Shown: positions 56,977-64,000 of the stretch, one piece after another
Layout: each line of letters starts with the position of its first letter
Position numbering within the stretch: position 1 is the first letter of the stretch
Translations under genes and position numbers: made by a program
Notes under the pieces: model-generated
The model's input: the letters and a program-made list of their open reading frames with translations, nothing else
Database searches by the model: none
Told to the model about the DNA's origin: nothing
IMG/VR virus record: IMGVR_UViG_3300027974_000023
Span: 1 to 64,000 of that record
Reading direction: 5' to 3' (one strand)
DNA: 64,000 nucleotides
DNA from: a virus

Positions 56977-58086
56977 TTACACACATGGTTCAATCCAAAT
57001 ATCACCAGGTAATATTTGATTGTTTCCAGGTATAAAGTTAACAGTAAATCCTTCTTTACCTGCATAATTAGCATCAAAATTTGCTTGAGTTGGTGCAATT
57101 GATTGTGAAAATACAGCAATACCTCTACCTGATTTACCAGCTCCTGGATCAACACTTATTGAAAATGAAATTTCAGGACCGCATGTTCCAGGAGTTGTTG
57201 TTGGTGTAACAGTAACATTAGAACTACCAGAAACTACGTTATATCTTTTATAGGCATCTCTGATATCTTTAACAGTGAACCATAAATCAATAAAACTCTG
57301 ACTTAAATTTTGTGGTGTATTAACCCATATTGTACTAAACAATTGATTTAATGTTAATGCACAATTAGATAAAGAACCATCCGTACCATTAATTGGTTGT
57401 AAATTGTAAGCCTGTTGAATAACTGCAGGTTGTCCTGTAGAAGAAACTAATGCACAGTATCCATGATCAAGATCATTAATAAGTGCGTCAAGAACAAAAT
57501 TTAATGGAGCTGAAACACCTCCAGGAATACTAGGAGATAAAGTACAAATAGGTGTAACTGGAGGAAGTACATATGGAGGATTAGGAGGAACAGATTCTAA
57601 TTCAATCACTCTATTTGTTAAATTTGTAATTGAATTATTAATTGTTGCAATACTACTTAAGATTGAACAAACTGTGTTACCAATTAATTGAACATAGTCC
57701 AACAATTTCATTGTTGTTTGGCCACCTGTTTGTAAACAAGTAGCAACCGGTACAATACAATTTGTAGGACATGAACTATTTCCACGAGTAGGAAATGCAC
57801 TAGGTGTTGGTACATTATTTAACTCACATATCTTATCAATTAATATTTGAAGTAATTGATTAATATTAGTTGGTGTACCAGTTGTAATATCTAAACAAGA
57901 TAAATCAAGTGTAGAAATATTAACTTGATCAAGAATAGTACACAATTGTGTTGCTAATGCATATACTACATCTGTAACAGTATCACCTGTACATAACTTT
58001 ATACAAGAAATATTTGGGCCTTGCCAAATAATACAGTTACTTGATACTGGACTGCAAGGACTATTATCTAAATTAAGTGGTTTCAT
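56977..58086 (-). CDS. Cys-rich tail fibre / adaptor protein
   Basis: CSPVSSNCIIWQG module, short coiled coil INNSITNLTNRVIELE, C-terminal GDIWI. Start at MKPLN. Confidence 0.6.
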   Translation of the reverse strand: MKPLNLDNSPCSPVSSNCIIWQGPNISCIKLCTGDTVTDVVYALATQLCTILDQVNISTLDLSCLDITTGTPTNINQLLQILIDKICELNNVPTPSAFPTRGNSSCPTNCIVPVATCLQTGGQTTMKLLDYVQLIGNTVCSILSSIATINNSITNLTNRVIELESVPPNPPYVLPPVTPICTLSPSIPGGVSAPLNFVLDALINDLDHGYCALVSSTGQPAVIQQAYNLQPINGTDGSLSNCALTLNQLFSTIWVNTPQNLSQSFIDLWFTVKDIRDAYKRYNVVSGSSNVTVTPTTTPGTCGPEISFSISVDPGAGKSGRGIAVFSQSIAPTQANFDANYAGKEGFTVNFIPGNNQILPGDIWIEPCV

Positions 58087-58103
58087 ATCTTTACTTCTTA
58101 GTT

Positions 58104-58115
58104 TAATATACAAAA
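58104..58115 (-). promoter_or_regulatory. putative late promoter motif TTTTGTATATTA
   Basis: Variant of the recurring motif, 17 nt upstream of ATG 58086. Confidence 0.45.
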
Positions 58116-58117
58116 TA

Positions 58118-59692
58118 TTATTGACTTATACAATTTCCACAACTACATTGTGAAGGTGTACAACAAGACAAAGGCTCAGTACAATTGAAATTTGGATCAT
58201 GTAATGATTGCAAATCAATTACTTCTTTTTTAAGGATTAAGTTTTCATCATCTTCCGAACAACAGTTGCTTATACCATATCTTTGTTGTAAAACTTGTTT
58301 GTATAATACTTCTGCTGTTGCACATGTAATTCTTTCAAATTTTTCAGTATTACAATTAGGTGTGGTATAACCTGGTTTCATCATTCTACCAGTTATATCT
58401 ATTGGACATACTTTATCTGAAATATTGTTAGGATCTTCTATACATTCACCATACTCATTTACTATATCTGTGGCAGGATGTTTTAAAATCCATTGATTAA
58501 CACAATTCTTAGTACTTGATGCTCCGGAAGCTAATGTAAAAGATTGTTGCATGCCTGAACAATCTTTATATGTATAATTTAATGTTTCTGTTGTTGTATT
58601 TTTAATTTTTGTACAAATACATCCTGAAACAGTTAAACATGTTGGACAATCTTCAAACTGTTTACTTATAGATACCCCTACAGCATTTTCATAATCTGGA
58701 GTAGGAGAGCTTTGAATTGACCAACAACTTGAAAATCCTGCAAGTTTTACAATACTGTTTTCATATACTGTTAAATCTGTATATGTAGTAATTGGTGCTA
58801 AGTCACCAGCACAATCATATAATACCCAGTATGCTCTTGAACATTGATCACATGAATCATATACATGTTCAATTACAAAAGGTTGTGTTTGTGGTGGCTT
58901 AAAATCTATTTCTTCAAGATACCAACAGTCTCCACAATCAAGTGAAACTGTTTTACCAACATATGCTGATAAATCTTCTTCAGAATATTTTTTTAATGAT
59001 TCATTTTCACAATTTGTAAGGGTATAAGCTACAATAGGTAAACATGTTTCACAACTACTGTATATAAGATTTATACTTACATCTTCAAAACATATACATT
59101 CAATACCTACTGCTACGGTCCAGCACCCATCAAATTCATTTAATGTTATTGTACTTTGATTAGCATATGCTGAAAATAAACTTTGATTATTAGAATTGAT
59201 AATTTGACCTGTTGCACAGTTCGTCAATACATAACATGAAATTTCACAACCAATTCCTGATGAACAGTTAGGATTAATTTCAGTTATTACCGGAGTAGCT
59301 ATTGAAGTAAATGGTTTTGACTTAGTACATATTTTAGCTGGTAAAGATGTAGTATCTTCTATGTTATCATAGTTAATGTATGTTACATAACCATTTCCAC
59401 CACCAACAGCAATACAATGTGTTTCACAGTCACCACATGCAGTTCCTATATAAAAAGCATTATTATGTACTATTCCATAAGCAGGAGGAGTACCTGAAAA
59501 TAACTGTACGTTAAAGCAACCTAAGTAATCAGTTCCTCCATTATCAAGTGCTACTTCAATTACTGTGTTTACATATTGACCAAATAAATCTACCTGTGTA
59601 AAAAATACAGATTGTGAAATATCATTAATACAAGGATATAAAATATACCACTGATTACCTATTGGCTCAACTGTATTTACATTATCATTCAT
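58118..59692 (-). CDS. Cys-rich repeat structural protein (tail hub-like)
   Basis: Four repeats of Y.L..C...L..Y....(V/I).L...C(W/F)...C..C; C-terminal RYGISNCC. Confidence 0.6.
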   Translation of the reverse strand: MNDNVNTVEPIGNQWYILYPCINDISQSVFFTQVDLFGQYVNTVIEVALDNGGTDYLGCFNVQLFSGTPPAYGIVHNNAFYIGTACGDCETHCIAVGGGNGYVTYINYDNIEDTTSLPAKICTKSKPFTSIATPVITEINPNCSSGIGCEISCYVLTNCATGQIINSNNQSLFSAYANQSTITLNEFDGCWTVAVGIECICFEDVSINLIYSSCETCLPIVAYTLTNCENESLKKYSEEDLSAYVGKTVSLDCGDCWYLEEIDFKPPQTQPFVIEHVYDSCDQCSRAYWVLYDCAGDLAPITTYTDLTVYENSIVKLAGFSSCWSIQSSPTPDYENAVGVSISKQFEDCPTCLTVSGCICTKIKNTTTETLNYTYKDCSGMQQSFTLASGASSTKNCVNQWILKHPATDIVNEYGECIEDPNNISDKVCPIDITGRMMKPGYTTPNCNTEKFERITCATAEVLYKQVLQQRYGISNCCSEDDENLILKKEVIDLQSLHDPNFNCTEPLSCCTPSQCSCGNCISQ

Positions 59693-59702
59693 AGTTTAAT
59701 AT

Positions 59703-59897
59703 TTATTTATTAGCTGTAAATCTATCTGATCCCCAGATATTTTTATTTGTAGTGTTTGTTGCAGAACTAACAGGTTTATTATTTCTTAAACCTTTTTCAT
59801 AAAGACTTAAACAATTTGCACAACATGATTTTCCATCACTTGCTGTTTTCTTTTGACATCCACAAGATAGTCTTGCATTACAATTATTACAATTCAT
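59703..59897 (-). CDS. small Cys-rich protein
   Basis: MNCNNC...SCGC...SCCANC; fits operon spacing. Confidence 0.65.
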   Translation of the reverse strand: MNCNNCNARLSCGCQKKTASDGKSCCANCLSLYEKGLRNNKPVSSATNTTNKNIWGSDRFTANK

Positions 59898-59915
59898 TTT
59901 GGTTGGTTTTTAAGG

Positions 59916-60485
59916 TTAACAATTATTACATTCAAATTTATTCAAAAGTTTTAATGCATAGTTATATAAACTCATTCCTTTTTGAGATTCATGACAAAAT
60001 TCTACTTTTGATTTTGCAGATTCTAAATACATCTTTATTAATCTTAGCTTCTCTAATTTCTCCTTAATCTTTGCTGGAGGATCACATGCTGCTAAATCAA
60101 CATTACATAAAATCTTATAATACTTATTCAATGCTTGAGAAATTCTTAAATGATTATACTCAGCAAATACTAAATTATTTGGTGAAACACTATATTTAAT
60201 TGCATAAATACCATCAGGTATATTTGCTAACTGTGTACCACAATTTTCTTTTTGTAATCCTAGATCACATGCTGTTATATTAATATGCCCAGTTTCAACA
60301 AAGTCTAACATTCTGTTTCCAATAAGTTCTACTGAGGTACTGAAGCCAGGAACTGTAATTGTTAATGTAGGACATACAATAGGGATATTAGGAGATGATG
60401 TTTGATACACACTAGTATCAAATATTTTCATTACACAGGTATTTGTTACTGTAGGTACTTCTAAACTTAATACATGATTTGCCAT
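59916..60485 (-). CDS. structural protein (tail hub-like)
   Basis: IFDTSVY...ITVPGF...IPDGIYAIKYSV; synteny with crAss hub genes (inference). Confidence 0.55.
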   Translation of the reverse strand: MANHVLSLEVPTVTNTCVMKIFDTSVYQTSSPNIPIVCPTLTITVPGFSTSVELIGNRMLDFVETGHINITACDLGLQKENCGTQLANIPDGIYAIKYSVSPNNLVFAEYNHLRISQALNKYYKILCNVDLAACDPPAKIKEKLEKLRLIKMYLESAKSKVEFCHESQKGMSLYNYALKLLNKFECNNC

Positions 60486-60503
60486 AGCTTTATTAAAATA
60501 AAA

Positions 60504-60539
60504 AAAGGAGAGAAGAGTTTGAAACTCTCACTCTCCTTT
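60504..60539 (-). terminator. intrinsic terminator
   Basis: AAAGGAGAG..GAGTTT-G-AAACTC...CTCTCCTTT hairpin with a T tract on the - strand, after the 60561 gene. Confidence 0.7.
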
Positions 60540-60560
60540 AAAGTTATTAAATTTTTGTTA

Positions 60561-62147
60561 TTAAACTGTTTCTGGAATCTCAATAACTGGAGTACAATCA
60601 GTACCACAAGCAAAAGTTTCTAGATCACCACAGTTACCACCACAACCATTCAACCAGTCATTTACAAATTCTGCAAATAATTGTCCTTGTCCACCATCTG
60701 TTGGAGTAACATCAGATGCAACGATAACTTCTAATAAGTATTGATCATTGTCAAAAGTACTAGATGCATTGTTGAAACGTGGAACATGGTGTTGAATGTA
60801 GAATCTGTTGTAAGAAGCAGATCTGTCAATTGCATTCAAAACTTGGTTTCCTTGAGTGATCTCACGGATACGGAAGTCAGAATGGAAGAAGTTTTGGCTG
60901 TAACGCTCAGAAAGAATCACATCTCTAAGAACTGTTTCACCTAAACCATTTGCTTGTCTTCCTTGACACTCAGTAATCACACACAATCCTTGGAATGCAC
61001 ATGGGTCACCGTTTAAGTCAGTTTCAGAAGCATACAATCTTACTGGCTCTTTTTCATAGAAATCAGAAACTTGGAATGTACAATCACCAAATTTAGTATC
61101 TACATAAGCACCAAATAATGTGATACCTGCATATTGATTAGCAGTATGTCCTGGAGATACATATTTATCCCAAGTACCACCAATTGTGTAACCAGCAGGA
61201 GCAGCTAAAGCAGATGTATCAGTTCCTGGTTTGTACCATAATGTATTATCTTCAGCAGTAACTACTGGATAGATAAATGGAGCAATTAATGGAGAGTCAA
61301 TAATTTGTTGAGCCCATTTGATGTATACTTCAGTAGCATCTACTGCAGTTGGAACAATTGTTCCTTCTGGACAACATCCTGTGTTAGCAGTTAATGTCAA
61401 GTAAGCATTGTGATTCAAGAATCTTAATGCAGGAGAACCTTTAACATCTAAACGTAAGTTATAAGTTTCACCACATAAGAAGTCTTTTTTACAACCATCT
61501 TTAGCACCAGCTGTAGCAACAGTTAATTGAACTTGTGTAACAGGAGATCCATTAGATAATAATTGACCAGCAATAGAAGTTAATACATCACTAGCTAAAT
61601 ATCCAGTACCACCGTTAGCAATTTCTACTACAGTAGCAACACCACCAACAACAGTAACTTTAGCAATAAAACCTGCACCAGCACCACCAGAAAAAGCAAC
61701 ATCATTATAAACACCATCAACGATGTTTGCACCATCATTAGTGATTGTAAGTGTTAATACTTGGTCATCAGTGTATGGAGTATATCCAACATGAATAACA
61801 TTGTTTGATGGAGCACAAGCAGGAGCAAAATAAAATTTGCTTACATACTTAGGATTAATTTCTTTAGACTTGTTAGACTCTTTGTATCCTCCGTGGAAAG
61901 GTCCAATTTTATCTTTTGCATATAATGATCCAGCAGCCAAAATTAATGGGCAACATGCTTGACCAGAATAAGAAGTAGATTGGATTTTCCAATCTTTAGG
62001 GTTTACAAATGCAAATTGACCAGTAGCCAAAATGTTACCTGTAGTTCCCAATACACCTTGATTTAATTCAGTGTAACCTTGCCCCATTGGAGCTGCAGCA
62101 TTTACACCAACAAAGGCTTTTTGAAAGGCATGATTAAAATAACTCAT
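60561..62147 (-). CDS. abundant structural protein (putative auxiliary capsid protein) with Gly-rich inserted domain
   Basis: 528 aa; has its own promoter motif and terminator; insert GVYNDVAFSGGAGAG...IANGGTGY; synteny. Confidence 0.55.
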   Translation of the reverse strand: MSYFNHAFQKAFVGVNAAAPMGQGYTELNQGVLGTTGNILATGQFAFVNPKDWKIQSTSYSGQACCPLILAAGSLYAKDKIGPFHGGYKESNKSKEINPKYVSKFYFAPACAPSNNVIHVGYTPYTDDQVLTLTITNDGANIVDGVYNDVAFSGGAGAGFIAKVTVVGGVATVVEIANGGTGYLASDVLTSIAGQLLSNGSPVTQVQLTVATAGAKDGCKKDFLCGETYNLRLDVKGSPALRFLNHNAYLTLTANTGCCPEGTIVPTAVDATEVYIKWAQQIIDSPLIAPFIYPVVTAEDNTLWYKPGTDTSALAAPAGYTIGGTWDKYVSPGHTANQYAGITLFGAYVDTKFGDCTFQVSDFYEKEPVRLYASETDLNGDPCAFQGLCVITECQGRQANGLGETVLRDVILSERYSQNFFHSDFRIREITQGNQVLNAIDRSASYNRFYIQHHVPRFNNASSTFDNDQYLLEVIVASDVTPTDGGQGQLFAEFVNDWLNGCGGNCGDLETFACGTDCTPVIEIPETV

Positions 62148-62182
62148 TTTGTTTTTGTTTTAGTTAATAAATAAATACTATA

Positions 62183-62194
62183 TAATATAGTAAA
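62183..62194 (-). promoter_or_regulatory. putative late promoter motif TTTACTATATTA
   Basis: Intergenic, upstream of ATG 62147; identical to 51435-51446. Confidence 0.5.
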
Positions 62195-62213
62195 AGTTTT
62201 TATAATATCAAAA

Positions 62214-62672
62214 TTATTTAAGGAAAAGTAACTTGTACTTGGTTGAATTAAGTGTAGACTTAATTGTGTCAAGATCATTTACAATTTCTGAATATGGCAT
62301 CTTATCTTGTAATCCACAAACCATATCACAAATATCACGGATGTATTTTAATGCATCATCTACACTGTTTAATACTCTTGGTGATGACTCACTGTATGAT
62401 AATAGTTTCTCACTTGCTCCTTGGTAACCTTCTGCTAAATCATCAGCGTGTCCAGGTAAAGCATCATACAATTCATTTAATGCTTTATGAGCTGCATAGG
62501 AGCCTGCTCCTGTAATCTTTAAGTGTAGCTTATGAATACTAGTAGCAGCATTCATTAATTCACTTACACAAGCTGCGGTCATAGTATCTACTGATGCACC
62601 TGCTTCTACAGTAGGATAACTTGCTGCTGGCTTACTTGTTCCAGGATTTCTTTTTAACATTCTTGGTTCCAT
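62214..62672 (-). CDS. Dps / ferritin-like protein
   Basis: IHKLHLKITGAGSYAAHKALNELYDAL...DDLAEGYQG ferroxidase-type pattern. Confidence 0.82.
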   Translation of the reverse strand: MEPRMLKRNPGTSKPAASYPTVEAGASVDTMTAACVSELMNAATSIHKLHLKITGAGSYAAHKALNELYDALPGHADDLAEGYQGASEKLLSYSESSPRVLNSVDDALKYIRDICDMVCGLQDKMPYSEIVNDLDTIKSTLNSTKYKLLFLK

Positions 62673-62677
62673 TATTT

Positions 62678-63376
62678 TTAGTTGTTACGTTCAGCACCTT
62701 GAGTACCTCTAGAGAATTGGTTTCCTGACTCAATATCTCCAGCAAGTAATGAAACTGCTTCATCAATTATTAATTCAATTATATCATCTTTCAACTCACA
62801 CTCAATATCAGCTGTTGATGCAACTCCTGTATAAGGATCAGAACAATTTAAAAATTGTACTTTTCTTGGTTGTCTGTAATAAACAAGTGAAGCACTTTCA
62901 ACATCAAATTCATCATTAGTATAAATATGAATTGTATTGTTTATTAATGTTGCAAATGTTTCTCCCCACTCAAAACTGGGTTGTTTAGATTTATCTCTTA
63001 GAAGTTGAGTAAGGTTACCTTCTTCTGCAAGATATACAGCCATTCTTCTTTTATCACAACAATCCTTTTTTGCAAAAGTATCTATCCTTTTCCATTGTAG
63101 ATAATCACCTGGAATATTACATTGGAAATAAGATTCTCTTTTTAAAGGATTCAAAGTAAGTAGGGAAAGTAATACTTGAAGATCATCTTTTCTTCTTGTA
63201 GATTGCTCATCCCCTTCTTTAACCAAGTTAATACCATGCAATTGTCTTCTTACCCATTCTACCTGAGCTTTATTAAATACCTCAACAATCTGCCAACATT
63301 GAATGTTGTCATAGTCTTGAGAATCTAATTTATTGATACGCTGCTTAATTTTTATTTCAATTGCACTGTTTAACAT
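62678..63376 (-). CDS. tail ring / tubular protein
   Basis: INKLDS...FNKAQ..WV...P.DY...YYRQP...CEL...IIDEAV pattern of crAss ring proteins. Confidence 0.7.
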   Translation of the reverse strand: MLNSAIEIKIKQRINKLDSQDYDNIQCWQIVEVFNKAQVEWVRRQLHGINLVKEGDEQSTRRKDDLQVLLSLLTLNPLKRESYFQCNIPGDYLQWKRIDTFAKKDCCDKRRMAVYLAEEGNLTQLLRDKSKQPSFEWGETFATLINNTIHIYTNDEFDVESASLVYYRQPRKVQFLNCSDPYTGVASTADIECELKDDIIELIIDEAVSLLAGDIESGNQFSRGTQGAERNN

Positions 63377-63379
63377 ATC

Positions 63380-63775
63380 TTATTTTTTTCTTTTTACAAC
63401 GCCTCCTTTTTTCTTACTATTATTATAAGAATTCAAAATATCTGAAGCAGATTTGCCAGATTTTGTTGAAATTGATTTTGGCCCTTCAAACTGTGAAGAA
63501 GCAGGAGGGTTTGAATTATAATTTGGATCCATTCTAGGATCAGCATATTTTCTAGTAGGTTTTAAATAATCAGGTGTTTCTTCTTTAACAGTTGGTGTTT
63601 TAAGTTTAACATTTCCTTTCCAAGGATAATATTTATTGACAGGTTGTTGTGCAGCAGTTGTATCTTGTGCAATACCCGCCTGAGCTTTTTTCAAAGACTT
63701 CATGACTACAGCTTTTCTAGCTTCATTAGCTTTTCTAAAAGCAGTAATAGGATTAAGTGTTTCTTTCTTTGCCAT
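63380..63775 (-). CDS. small basic protein
   Basis: 131 aa, Lys-rich; KKAQAG and KKKGG motifs. Confidence 0.65.
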   Translation of the reverse strand: MAKKETLNPITAFRKANEARKAVVMKSLKKAQAGIAQDTTAAQQPVNKYYPWKGNVKLKTPTVKEETPDYLKPTRKYADPRMDPNYNSNPPASSQFEGPKSISTKSGKSASDILNSYNNSKKKGGVVKRKK

Positions 63776-63777
63776 AA

Positions 63778-63936
63778 TTATTTCTTTTTAGCCATTGCTT
63801 TAAATGTCTTAGCTAACTGCTTAGCTTTACCTTTACAACCAGGTTTAGTTATAGGGGTGCATTTACCTTTTGTACCCCTTTTCTTAATATCAGCTGTAGC
63901 TTTTTGAATCCAGTTTTTATCTTTTTTCTCAGCCAT
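63778..63936 (-). CDS. small very basic protein (52 aa, not in ORF track)
   Basis: MAEKKDKNWIQKATADIKKRGTKGKCTPITKPGCKGKAKQLAKTFKAMAKKK*; 2-nt spacing to both neighbours. Confidence 0.75.
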   Translation of the reverse strand: MAEKKDKNWIQKATADIKKRGTKGKCTPITKPGCKGKAKQLAKTFKAMAKKK

Positions 63937-63938
63937 GA

Positions 63939-64000
63939 TTAGCACTTCTTTTTAGTTGCACCACCCATTTTTTTCTTGCTCATTTTAGCACCAGCAATTC
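63939..64000 (-). CDS. 3' end of small basic protein (partial)
   Basis: ...IAGAKMSKKKMGGATKKKC*. Confidence 0.6.
   Translation of the reverse strand, partial: IAGAKMSKKKMGGATKKKC

Noticed and set aside
60561-62147. Major capsid protein or tail sheath call
   Set aside because: No features I can tie to an HK97 fold or sheath; the gene order suggests the major capsid gene lies beyond the right edge of the window.
7958-63907. Many short ORF-track entries antisense to or nested in long genes (e.g. 7958-8239, 9697-9966, 16046-16390, 23990-24463, 32144-32536, 63644-63907)
   Set aside because: Shadow ORFs of long coding regions with no recognisable motifs; better-supported genes occupy the same DNA.
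1-64000. Stop-codon reassignment (TAG or TGA), known in some crAss-like phages
   Set aside because: Genes up to 9.8 kb are open under the standard code and tile the window without fragmentation.
1-64000. tRNA, rRNA or long structured ncRNA genes
   Set aside because: Intergenic gaps are mostly under about 155 nt and are explained by terminators and promoters; no cloverleaf seen by eye (tRNAscan-SE and Infernal not run).

Overview
AT-rich (by eye about 30% GC), gene-dense segment of a crAss-like (Crassvirales-type) podophage genome. The host is probably Bacteroidota, judging from TAnnTTTG promoter boxes and the lack of obvious Shine-Dalgarno sites; the standard genetic code applies. Bases 1-11106 (+ strand) carry a replication/nucleotide module: end of a vWA/metallopeptidase gene, MoxR-like AAA ATPase, PD-(D/E)XK nuclease, family B DNA polymerase, DUF932-like protein, MazG-like pyrophosphatase and two homing endonucleases. 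Bases 11149-64000 (- strand) carry the virion module: ring/tubular proteins, Dps-like protein, putative auxiliary capsid and hub proteins, Cys-rich fibre proteins with Fib_succ_major domains, IHF-like protein, muzzle/stabilization protein, internal cargo proteins, a third homing endonuclease and three giant ejected proteins including a DFDID-type virion RNA polymerase. The two modules converge on a terminator at about 11111-11138. Main observation 1: the three giant cargo genes lie in one reading frame, joined by two near-identical junctions (TGT TAA GAw ATG rCw TGT), and their only cysteines sit at the adjoining termini, suggesting a head-to-tail linked ejection chain. Main observation 2: two intronless homing endonucleases, and possibly the third, sit beside a recoded duplicate of a host-gene terminus. 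All family assignments come from motif recognition by eye; no searches were run.
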